From Nymphaea colorata (Eukaryota): a stretch of 64,000 bases of DNA. The position numbers and the translations under genes were made by a program. The notes under the pieces were generated by a model that was given only the letters and a program-made list of their open reading frames with translations, was not told where the DNA came from and ran no database searches. Positions 1 through 12,987 of the stretch are shown here, piece after piece. The stretch spans positions 19,902,001 through 19,966,000 of the forward strand of contig NC_045138.2 of NCBI RefSeq assembly GCF_008831285.2, in the 5' to 3' direction. Position 1 is the first letter of the stretch. The number at the start of each line of letters is the position of its first letter.

Positions 1-3000
1 CCTTCTTAAATTCGTGGTCTTACGACTCTTAACAAACTAAGGATTTAATAACCGTGGACTTGGTATTTGTTGTACATTAAATCATGGGATTTCAAATCAA
101 AGAGAAGCGTTTTGACTTTGAGATCTATGGATTTCAAGATCTCGTTGCACCTGTCAAACATTGGATTTCATATCTTAAGTGGTCGTTTGGCATCAGTAAC
201 AAATTGTTATTGTTCAATCAAACGGGTTCCAAGATTGGGCCATATGGGACCCCAGAAAAAAAAATGAAGCTTTTTGCTTCAAGTTCTCTTGTGCATATCC
301 AGAAAACTACCTTTTCCAAATCACAAAATCAAAGCATTCTGTCTGTATCAAACTATAAATGGCTTGATGACAAAACCTGTTCTAGCAAGTTGGGATATAT
401 TATATATCATCAATCTTTTCCCAACCAAGTGGCTCTATTTATTCCAGGTCTGACATGGTGCCCTATCCACAATCTAGGGTTTGGCAGATGTGGATGTGAA
501 TGGGATTTCTCATTGCTCTCAAATTGGAGTTATGTGGCGCAAATAAGAGAAGCAGATTGAAGCCATAAATGCCCGGAATCCACCGATTCAGGCCGATTGT
601 CGATGAAGCGGGGAAGGCCACGTGTCGTTCTCGGCGATGGTGAGAGAAAGAGCTTATATGCACTAATGTGTTAAGTATCTAAGTTGGCATGGGGGATATT
701 TTCCCTCTCATGGAGCTCAAGCCTTATACCAAGTGGAAAATTTGATTAGGAGATCCGTCGTGTTTGATATCCAAGAGTTCTTTGATAAAGTAATGTGCAG
801 ATGCAATTGCATGTTCAAACTACGTAGTTTGATAAAAAAAATCATGCATTAAAAACCCAAAATGTTCAAAACTATTAAATTTTCATAAATATACAGATTT
901 AGTGATAATCATACACTAAGTTAATCATTTTTTTTAGTTTAAAATGCTTTTCTAGTAATCAGAAAATGAATGGCTCTCATGCCATCAAAATTTTCATAGT
1001 AGAAACGTACATGTTTTCCTTCAAAAACAACCTGAACTATAACATGTTCTTTATTGAACTAGTCTTTATAAACGTAGTATAAATGTTTATATTTACAAGA
1101 AATTAGAAGCTCTAGTTTTTGTCAGTTACTTATGTGGTTAACGTATGCCAACTTTATATATATATATATATATGACTCTATGTTCAAATATGTTTGATGG
1201 TAGGTAGTTAAAATATAAAATTATTGTAAACTATCAATATACCACAAAACTATCATTAATGCTTCTCTAAAAACTATATTCTAACAGCGAAATTTTAATT
1301 TTTAACCATCCAACAATATCCAATATCAAGCAAATTAATTAATCTATATCGTTAACGAACATAGTTTTTGGTAAGTAAAGTATGTAATTTTATTTTCTTT
1401 TGATAGAACTCTATTGTCAGCTGGTAAAATACAATAACACGTTTAATACCCTTTGAACTTAGGTTCAAAACTATTTATTTCTTTAATTTGCCGAAAAATA
1501 AAACGTTTAGTTGGTGAACGGGCCGAGATTGATTTGGATCAGGAAGGTCTAGAAAGGCGGCGACAAACGGTGACTGATCAGCCAATGGCAATGCACTAAA
1601 AGGCATTCTACGTGTCGCATGCATCCGAAAAAGTTTTTCACGGGACTTTTAATCCTCGAAATAGTGGAAGTGCGAATCCGAATTGACATTTGGACGATTG
1701 ATTTTTTTCACCTCCTTCTTCTTCTTATCAAGTAAGTAATATCCCTCTTCTTTAACCAGGTTCTGGATTCATCGACGAACTCCGGAGAACAATGAAAATT
1801 TCCACTTGGGCACTGTCTTTTGCCTACAATCCTAACCATCACCCCCTGTTTCTTGCTTTTCAGGAACATGCCTTAATTTTGTTGGTAATTGATAATTGAG
1901 ACATACCTCTGCCATTGGTTTTTATATCATGGAAAATTTATATTTTATGTGTAAATTTAAATAAAAGAACAATATCCAAAACATTGATTTTCATGCACTA
2001 AGATCCATTATCTTAATGTGTTTAATAAATTGGAAATACAAGATTAACATTTCTAGTCTTCTAGACAAAAAAAATTAAATTCATATAGGACTTTGGCCAA
2101 ATTTTGTATGAAACGTAACAAAGTTTTCTCTAGTAAAAGCACATATAATTTTTTTTTTCATTTTATGAAGCTAAAAAGTCGTTTCTGTTTGCATTTTTAT
2201 TTAAAGTTATCAACGATGGAACATTAACAATTATTGAAACTATGCATTGAGGATGTTTTGCCTCTCAAGTGGTGTTTAATGCAAGTTTAGGTAATGTTCC
2301 AAACTAGGGTTTCTAAAAACTTATTTTGAAAGAAAATGTTTTCAAAGGAATATCAATAACTTGGCACCCCTTTGGATTTGGTCGGGAAACACATATTGTC
2401 TTGTCATTAGGGGTGTAATCAGAAATATTTTTGTTGGAGGGGCCAAATTATAGTTTCAAAATTTTAACATAGAAATTTTAAATTTTTTTTTGTATATTAA
2501 ATTAAATTTTTTAAAATTTACATATAAAATTTTAAAGTTTTTAAAATCTCAAAGGGAGGTCAAGGCCCCTGCCGGCGGCCCTCCCATTCCCATCCTTGTG
2601 CCTCTCCACACAAGTCAAGTTTGGAAAACGGGTTATATGTTATTTTTCACAAAACATGGCTTTTACAAGTAATGTTTCTTGAGAATGTCATGCAAATACA
2701 ATATAAAAGGTATGACGACTATCATAAATAATAAAACTAAATCTGAGGGCGTTTTTGTTATTATGACTAATTTGAATCATGGAAAACCAAGGTTAAGCTT
2801 ACACAATTTTTTTTTTTACTTAAAATTTCAGGGCAAGGTGGGTGTCTTTATCAATTTTAAGATTTTGAGGTACTTTTCGCATTATCATAAGAAGAAAATC
2901 TCTAGTTCTGAAAATTCTCCAAATTTGAATATATATAAATTTGTAGGCAAAGTACAAGCGTCCAGGGATCAGACCAAAAGTGACAGTTTCGGTGGTGGGT

Positions 3001-4076
3001 GGGACCCACCTCAGAAAAAAAAAGAAGGAAGATTTTTTTAAAGAAAAGGCAATGCCTTTCACTTGGTGTGGGTCCCACTAAAAGTATAGATTGGGATAAG
3101 GAGACGAGAGCGCTTTTTAGCTTTCTTGTCATAATAAAAAAGGAAAAATTTCAACTGCAGCCCAAAGCTTTCTCGATAATAAAAGAATATGCCTATGTAT
3201 TGAATGTCGTTGGAAATGCATCAAATTCTCGTTTGTAGTAACACAAAAAAAAAACCGTGTTTCCACAATTTAAATCCAAGGGTATTTTGGTCATTTTGTA
3301 AGGTAATTATCTCATACTACATTTATCGTTATGTTATATTTGGATGAAGAAAAAAGAAAAAAATAAAATGAAAGGCGCATTCGTTTTTTTTTATTCTCAG
3401 TTTCTTTATTTTGAGAGGGATTGGAATTGCATTAGAATTTTACTTTGTCCAATCTTTCAATTGTTTATGACTTCTTTTGCAAAAACTTTTAGTTTATAAT
3501 TTACTTGCGCGATGCTGATCAATCTACTTTACACTTTTAGATATTTCATTTGCAACAAAACATCACTTCATTTGCTCCATCCTTTTATACAACAAGTAAG
3601 ATTCTTTAGATCATCTCTGATATTAAACGTAATAAAACTTATTCCAGGGGGCTTTTCCAAGGAGTATTTTTAAATAGTAAATAAAACGTTCCGACCTAAC
3701 TGCATCCTTCCAAACTACGCCTTCGTCGTTTTCACAAAGTACTCGAAATAAGCGAGCCAACTCTCGATCCGACGGAAATGTCCTTTTGATTAAGGATGCA
3801 AATTTTGAGTGGTTTTTTAACAATACAAGAAAACTTTGATTTCCTTTCTATCATCATCATAAGTTCCAGGGCTTTGAGGAAATTTTCCAATTAAGTAGGT
3901 ACCTGCCGTGTCGCATCTTTTGAAAAGCGACCTAAGAAAATAACACAAGAATATTTTGGAGGAAAAGAGGAGGATAATACTGTTTCTTCTCTTTCTACCT
4001 TGCAGGGATCTCTAAGGTATATTAATCTTATCAATATTCTCTCTCTCCCCTCCCTCTTTCTCTCTCTATCTTTTCG

Positions 4077-4081
<5 letters not shown>

Positions 4082-4147
<66 letters not shown>
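4082..4147. repeat. (TA)n microsatellite between two copies of CTAAGGTATATTAATCTTATCAATATTCTCTCT
   Basis: Seen directly; the duplicated flank is at about 4011 and 4150. Confidence 0.9.
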
Positions 4148-4149
<2 letters not shown>

Positions 4150-6414
4150 CTAAGGTATATTAATCTTATCAATATTCTCTCTCCCCTCTCTATCTCTTCG
4201 TTATATATATATATAAACTCAGCCTAGGGTTTTGTTCGGCTATTGTGGGCCGTCCACACAAATGGTCATACTTCATTTTGTTAAAAATAAATAAATAAAT
4301 AAGGATACTTGATGTTGAGCATCAAGCTTGAACATGGGGGAAGCTTGCGCTTTCCCTTTCCTTTCTTTAATAGATAAATAAGAGAAGCCGTCTCCTTCCT
4401 CATTGTCGCTGGCCGAGAAGGCATGACCTTCCTTTTCATTTTCAATCGAAGAAAAAAAAAAAGAAAGGAGAGGTCGTGCCTGAGTATCTAATGGGTATCC
4501 GGTACTTGTCCGGCTCCGGTTGATCCGACAAACGCCCGATTAAACCTGATAACAAATAAAAATTATTTTTATTTTATGAAAATATATATAAATTATTTTA
4601 TATTTTAAAAAACTTGTTTTCATTGTAATCACGGATTCAGGCCGGCTGGCCCGATGCTCAGGTCTAATTGTGCCCATCCCATCCTGGCCGACAAGCTTGG
4701 AATTCTATTCCAAGCTGACGACAAAATTGTAAGTGGGTTTCTTCTACCGCCATATTGTTTTCAGATGTGGAGAACCAATAATATGACACTTTTTTGGCTA
4801 AGTTGTGCTTTCACATACACCAAACTTGGACTTTCAAAGATTGACGTTACTTCAAAATCCCAATCTTTCAAGTGGGATGATAACCAACGCAAGTACAGAC
4901 TCGAAGCAGGTTATTTGTTACAATATTTTTTTTTTCTTGTGAAAGAACCCAAGAATATGAACGGATTGGATTCGAATATGATATATCGACGGATGTCATT
5001 TCTTGTAACTGAATCGGATCTGATTTCTTAATTGAACAGATCCAAAAATTGATTGGCGTATTACCAAGGGTCCAAGAGTGACATTGTTACATATATAAAC
5101 AGTGGGGGAGCCACATATGGGTTGGTGTGAGACCCTCAATGTTTCTTCATCATCTTCACATTAACATATTCAAATGTTTGGTTTGACATAATTTTTCCGG
5201 CTCCACCACCGGATATAGGAGTTCAATTTGCTGGCACATATATAGTACTTAAACAGCATGCATTTAAGGCATTTTTGGCATGTTTAGGTTGCATGTGTCA
5301 CACTGGAGATCAGATTGGCATGGTAGCTAAGAACCATACAAGGCAACCTTTACTTTAATGCATATGATGATGAAGCACTGGTTCATGTCGCCTCATGCAT
5401 ATCCACATAACTGACATTTTGGATATGATATTAATCAAATATTCATATATATAATCAAATAGCTAGGATTTTATATATATATATGTGTGTGTGTGAATGA
5501 ATATGACAATGTCCACTTTGTATTGGCCCACATGATTTGATGTTATTCTCATCTGCAAGGTCCAAATCTGTGGTTGCTTTCCCACATTGCTTGTTCTGAT
5601 CCGTTTTTAAAAACCTTTATGACTATTAATTCACAAAGTGGAGGCACTTCAAATTCATGCTAACATTTGGACGGTCGCTTATTCAGCAACTAATTAAGAA
5701 ATAAACCCATTGTTTATCGCCGATATCCTTCAAATCAAACATAAAATCCTGTTGTTTATTCATTTATCCTTAAAATTCAACACATTTTCCACGGAGCCAA
5801 AAAAAAAAAGCCCTCTGTGTGCGTAAATGGTATTTGTGTGCACGCTAAAAGTACTTAATAGCCTGCATTGAGTGATTAAGCAAAAAAGAGGTGTAGCTAT
5901 AAGAATTTCCGAAGTGCAAAGAGAGGAAAATTAAGTTAGCGTAAGAAAACTAACTTACATATACATCTATATATTGTGTGTGCATGAAATCAGTCGGCTG
6001 CTAGCTAAATATTTAAATCTGTCACCAAAGCATCATAAATCGTCCTTAAAAGATACCATAAATCCTTACTATACCATCAACCATACTTTCTGATAACCAT
6101 GTAACTAAAGATTTTTACCAACTACTTTTAAATATTTAATTATTGGACAAATTTAACCACCAGCTGCTTTATATATATATATATATAAAAGAAGTCATTG
6201 TTGCCAGATAGTTGTCGTATGGCTCAAATTCAAACTTATGGCCAAAAGGACCATAAATTGTCCTAAATGCACTATAAATAATTGCTGCACCATAAATCAT
6301 TACTAATGTCAATGTATTTTTAACTTTTGTCCAGGCAATATCGAACATTTGGCAAGTTCATATATATATATATATTCTTCAAACTATTCATCCATATGGC
6401 CTTTCACACTTGCG

Positions 6415-6453
<39 letters not shown>

Positions 6454-6694
6454 TCTGATGATTATTTTTTATTTAAAATGATTTTAATGATACAAAATGA
6501 AGATAAGTAGATAACCATCCGGCACATAAACACACACACAAAGAAGGTATGAAGGTCGTGGCTAGAGAGATTGAAATTATGAAATATAAAAGGCATTGGT
6601 TGGAGGGTTGATATCTTTTAGTTTTCTTGAACAGGTCTCCATGGTGTCAGGTTTTATTATGCGGAAGCCATCCCTGGTTTCCCAAATACCAGGG

Positions 6695-6796
<102 letters not shown>

Positions 6797-8315
6797 TATT
6801 AGTTGAGTTAAATGTGAGCTGGGGATCCATCCAAACACATTGAAAGTGCGTTACATTCTTTGTTTCAAAAAACATGACGTATGGTGTCCAACATTTAATT
6901 ATTATATCTAAAATTAACATCAATTATTACATAATGTTATTGAAAAATAGCATACTGTAATATTCCAAAAATATAATTCATTTCTTATCAGATAAACTTT
7001 ATATTTAACATTATGTTATTATACTGCATCTATTTTTAAGACTTTGATAGAACTTAATTCGATTCCATTTTGAGGTAGTTTTCATAAAATTTTGTTTGTG
7101 GATATCATGTGTATGCCTTTAAAATTAAATACAAAAATTATACTTTTGGTGCATAAATTAGTTAACAATGTGAAAAATTATCATTCAGGTATGGTTCAGT
7201 CTTTAATAGAGTTCCACTTTATCTGGATTCCAAGCGATTTAATCATATCCGTTTGTACACAAAATTGGAGTCACACTAGCATAAGATCTAATCTTTACAA
7301 TTGAATTAAACCTTTATCATATACCATCAAATATCAAACTAACATGATATTAAATCAAAATTCACAAAGTAATTGGATCTATATTTATTTTCCATCTGAT
7401 TTTTTTGGGTCCTTGATCATATGTGCCACGTGTCATCGAGTCCAGCACTTGGACAAATTAAGAACTATGTCTCACAATTTATTGCAACGAGCGGTAATTC
7501 AGTGGTAGAGTCAGCAATTTTTGGCTATAAAACTTTAAATTGCACTTATATCTATAAAACTAAAAATTAATGAAGTTTGCATATGTAAATCATGTAAATT
7601 TAGTAAGCTTATGTGGATAAGGGTGGAACCAGAAAATTTTGTCCGTCAAGCACTAAATATATATGTAACAAATTTTTAATTGACCTTAAGGCGATGACGG
7701 AGCCTCGTGGGGTTGATCTATATAATTAGACTTAAATCTACCCAAATCCAATAATTAAAAATAAAGTTTTAAAGTGTGCTTTCGGGGCATACGCTCCAAA
7801 CAGTCCACACCTACCTCTGCCCCTGATGCGAGCAATTGTCCACACCAGCTACAACCTGGGCTCCACTATTGCGCTAATCAATGTTCTTATCATTGTTGTC
7901 AGTATGTGCACTGTTTGAGTTTTTTATATTTGAAATTTGACATTATATAAGTTGAAATCTTTTGGTTATTTTTAATTTTAAGTAATTATGGTTGTCCGAT
8001 ATATTGTATCGGCCACCGGAATGATGCTGCCCGGTTGAAAGGAGTTAGTTGGGCTCTCATTTGCAAGAATAGATAGAAAGAGAGCCATGCATAGAGTGAG
8101 AAAGAAAGCCCATAAGAATTCAACTTTTTCAAAATCTCAGTCAAAAGAGTTTTTTAATTGTTTCATTGTTTTCTTTTCTTTCCATTATCCCTTGAAGAAT
8201 ATTTTGGACTTTTAAGAAGTAGGTTTGACTCTGATATTTTCTATTCAATATTGGCAATTTAATCTCTTTGAAATTGACCACCAAAATGATTTTCATTAAA
8301 ATGACAGTCTGGTAG

Positions 8316-8361
<46 letters not shown>

Positions 8362-9239
8362 ATGTTTGCACTTAAAATTACAGAGCTAGTATTATTATAC
8401 CGATAAAGTTAGTTATCCATGATGTCTTCTAATTACCATTACTAGATTGTAGCTTTTTTGTATTTTTTATTTAACCACAAAAAACTTAAATATTGTTTGG
8501 ACAATGTGAAAGAAGTGAAGTGAAGTGCTTTTCTTATGATCCCCACTTTTTTAATTATATTTTAAAAATAATTCTTGTGTATGCATTAGATATATATATA
8601 TATTTAAAAAAAAACAAAAACAAAAGTCAGGTAGGGACGGGCTGATTGGTTGGTGAGGTGGTTGGTGGGACCCACCGGACAATAAGGAAAAAGTTCACAA
8701 AAAAAAAAAAACAGTGAAGTGGGACCCACCACCCTTAGCCGTCTTAGATCTGAGGGTTTGATTTTTTTTTTTTCAAAAAAAAATAGAAAAGCAAAATGCC
8801 TAAACCTGACTGAAGCGGGACCCACTCCTGCAACAAAAGCGTAAATTGGAAAGTAGGGAGTTTTTTGTCTTTTTATTTTTTCTTTTATCGGATAACGACG
8901 GGGTAAAAGGTGTCCGCGGGACCCACAGCCTCTGCACTTTTTCGCCGAAGAGAGAGAGAGAAAGAATGTTTTGTACCCCTTTTTTCTCTCTCCTCTGGAC
9001 TTTTATTTTCAAAGTCGTCAGGAATTTATTGACTGTAAATTCCCGTTAAAAACCGTCCCCGGTTTGCCAAATACCACGGGCGCGCTTCTTCTCCGTCATC
9101 AAAACCTCTCTCTTTCTCTCTCCACATGAAGTTTAGCGTGCAAGACGACGAACCCAAAACCTGCTTTTGCTAGTTTATCAATAAAAATCGAATTCAACTT
9201 CAAGACCAACGTTGCTGGTTAACGGAAATAAATAAATAA

Positions 9240-9294
<55 letters not shown>

Positions 9295-9359
9295 AAAAAA
9301 GAGAGAAAGAGAGAGAGGGGGGAAAGACTGAGGAATGTTCATATCAATTCTTCTTATAG

Positions 9360-9434
9360 TACCATTTAGGGAGTCGATAAGTTAATCTTCGTTCATATTT
9401 AATACCATTCAGGGAGTCGATAAGTTAATCCTCG
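9360..9434. repeat. 43-bp tandem duplication
   Basis: TACCATT.AGGGAGTCGATAAGTTAATC.TCGT occurs twice. Confidence 0.8.
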
Positions 9435-10039
9435 TCGATGTGAGCTTACTGATTCTATAACGAAACTTCTTAAGAAGGTATCTTAAGAAATCTATACACA
9501 TAGAGAACGGAGCTCAATCAAAAAATCGATGTTTTACTACTAATCACAAGGTACTCGTGCTGTAAATTACAAATTACGATTAAGGATTACTCTATCAATA
9601 CGACATGGACTTCATAGATATCTTCTGCGCCCATAAGACGCCTTGTTTGGGGTATTGCTATAGGAGCTAAATCCATTTGATTTAAGCTCCCTGATTCGGA
9701 TCCAGAATTGTAACAAACTTGTTTTGGATCCAAATCTGAAAGGCAATCCACGTCAAAATCCACAAGAACTCGACCCGCTTTCGTTCATTTGTTTAACAAT
9801 GTCGAGCACCGAGTCGTCCGATTCGTGAAGATCTGAACCGGTAAATGGAGAGCACGGGACGTCTGGGGACCGAGACGGAAGGCCCCTCCTTTTGGTTTTT
9901 TTCCCCGCCCGTCTTCCTTTTTCGCGCCTTTTCGGAGCATAAGAATCGAGGAGGAAAAGGTGAAGACCGCGCGTTTTCCTTCGCTCACGAATTTGCGTCT
10001 CCCGGATTCTCGCCGGCGTGTTTCTCACCGGAACCCTAG

Positions 10040-10181
10040 GTAGACGAAATATAGGGTTCTTTCATTGATGTCAATATCTTTTTTCCTGATTTGCTTGTAC
10101 TGGAAATCTGTTTCCATTTTCCTCTTCACCGGTTCTGTGGGTCAATTTAATTTGGTGAATCCTTCTTTTTTATTGTGGCAG
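10040..10181 (+). other. Probable 5'-UTR intron of p23-2
   Basis: CTAG|GTAGAC donor after a GC/CT-rich leader, a U-rich body, and a TTTTTTATTGTGGCAG acceptor 75 nt before the ATG. Confidence 0.55.
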
Positions 10182-10256
10182 AGATCGTCGTCTTCTTCCT
10201 AAGAAAAGCGATTGTGGGTTTGCGAGACAGAAGAGGAGCCCGGCTCTTGGACCGCC

Positions 10257-12928
10257 ATGAGGTGTCCTTCTCTCTCTCTCTCTCTCTCTTTCTCTGTGTG
10301 TGTCTGTAGTTTATTATTTTGTATTTTGATGTCTTTTGGGAGATGGATGGTAGGACCGTACACGCTGATTAGGTTGTCGTTTGTTGTCAATGATTAGATT
10401 TTTCAGCGGGTTTCTTTTGTCGCTTGTGGATAAACTTTGTCTTTTACGGTTAGACTAAAGTATGAGTTCGTAGTCCTTGCTTTCTCATTTTTAGATTCGT
10501 TAAAGTGTCATGCTTTCTGAGGACATGGTTTTGTCTACGTCTTTGTGATTCAATGGATGTGCTTGTTTTCCATTTTCGGTTGGAATTGTAGGTCCAGTCT
10601 AAATTATGAGTTATTGTTCTAGTTGGAAAGTTCAAATTTCAACGGGGATTGGTTTTCGGTTTTGTTTTGGCGCTTCACGTTTATCTTCTCGCTTTTACCA
10701 TTCTAGCTGAGGGGTAGCGGTAGGTAACGAGACAGTTCAGTATGTGTGGAAAGTTATACGAAATAAATCATACACTCTTTATAGTTTGCTACTTGCCTAG
10801 ATTTTGGTTTCTATTTTGACAGCCTTATAGAAGTTGCTTACTTCTCACGTTTTCCCACGCTTTCAGTAGCTAGTATGCTTCAAAATTAGAAACTTCAGAA
10901 AATTTCCATAAGGAAAGAATAGTTAGTATGGTTGTTAGGTTGTCATGGCAAGGCTAAGGGCGCAATTAAATTTAAAGAGAAAATCTCATTGATCATGCAC
11001 GAGATGCATCCATGTCGTCGGTAATACTGAGAAAACCACGGTGCACAGGAAAAACACTAGTAACACAGAAACACATGGGCAATTTTGGAAGAGTAAAAGT
11101 TAGAGATAGAAGGCACGATATTTTGCTAAGAACTGAAGGCTAGAGCTCGTGCAACATGACATTTTCCTCCAACGAATAAACACTTATTAGTTTTGCAAAA
11201 TTTTTTAAGACGGTTTTGTCTATGTAAGCCTCATAATGGTTATACTAAATCGAGTACATAGAATGGTCTTAACTCCATCGAGAACCGCCGATCTCCAAGA
11301 AGATTGAGGGTATACGTTATAAACTTATGAATATTCAACAGGGACGTTGATGTAGGAACCCAATTAGTCCAATTCCGAAGGCTATGTATTGATTGAACCA
11401 TATGGCCCTGCATGTGGTCGTTGGAACCCTTGCACATTCTGCACATTCTCTTCTTTTCATTCTCTTCTCTTGATGGTCCTACTCCATAAAAAAATTGCAC
11501 TTTAAAATGTTAGTCTTTCTCTCTATCTTTTTGCAAGTGCTTTATTTGTCAAACATTTATGCAATATCTTGCTGGCTACCCTGTAGAAGGTCAATTTCTC
11601 GTTCTCTTCTTTGTAATCAATGCAAAAACCCGATGGTGATGGATTGCTCTTATATTACTGCCATTTTGTTGGGTAGCTGATTTTTAATGAAGATCAGTGC
11701 AACAAATTCTTTTCATCTCATTATGTTTTCCTACTTTGATTGCTGCAGTCGCCATCCTGAGGTCCTCTGGGCACAACGTTCTGATAAAGTGTTCCTGACA
11801 ATTGCCTTACCAGATGCAAAGAACGTCTCTGTGAAAGCTGAGGCTAGTGGATTGTTTAGCTTTTCGGCATTAGGCATTCATGACGAATCTTTTGACTTCA
11901 CTTTGGAGCTTTACGGAGCAATAGTTCCTGAGGTTTCCTTTTTTGGCTTTTCTGTTTTAGTTTATGTCCTCTTTGTTTACTTGTTAAAAGTTCGTTATAT
12001 TTCCATACAGTTTTAGCATAACTTATTTCCTGAAATTAGAAGCTTATATTGTGTTTCTTTGTTTTCTTAATCCACAATAGGACCAGCCAACATTACTGTC
12101 TTGGCCATATAAAATTAGTTACCCTTGAAAGGTTTCTAAAATATCAAGCAGTTAACAAAAAAGCCTCAAGATTGAGCTGGTCATATTTTTTGAAGCATAA
12201 CCTGCAGGACTGTATGTTTGTGATAACTTGAGGGGCAATTTAGGCCTGGATGGCATATGCTCTTTTGATAGCGAGGGACTGATAGTGGTGTTGTACTCCT
12301 TTCTGGAATGTCTGCCAGTATTCCAGATCTTCTCACTATATACAGAAATGCATATGATTGTCCCAAATATCTTTCTCGGGTTTTTGTCAGCAAATTCAAA
12401 ATACATTAAAAATGATTTTTTTCTTCTGAAAATTGGAGATCATGTGATAATGTTGTGAAAACTATTTTTTGGGCAATACTTTCAAAAGATTGTGATTATT
12501 TTTTTGTTTTATTCTATTTTGCTGAGATTATCACTATGTGTATATATATAAACTATAAAGCCAATGCTGTTGGGCTGGATAGATGACTGAAAAAAATTTA
12601 TCGCCGAAAGGACCATAGGTTGTCACTAAAACCTCCATAAAGTGTTGCTGCACCATAAGCCGTTGCTAGTACTTATGTAGTAGCTGTTTTTTAATAATAA
12701 ATTTTAAAATTTTAGTCATCTAGCAATATCTGTCATTTGGCATGATTAAATATTCCTATATGGTTAAAAATTTAAAATCCATTGCTAAAAAACACCATTA
12801 TTCATTGATAAAAACACCATGAACTGTTGCTGCATCATAAACTATCACTAATGTTCATATGACAACTGTTTTTAATGACCGATTTTTAATTTTTAGTCAT
12901 CCAACAACAACTCATGCATGACAGCATA

Positions 12929-12987
<59 letters not shown>

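Noticed and set aside
3891..4227. ORFs with YIYIYI runs (also near 6.6, 33.0, 36.0 and 51.0 kb)
   Set aside because: Translations of (TA)n microsatellites.
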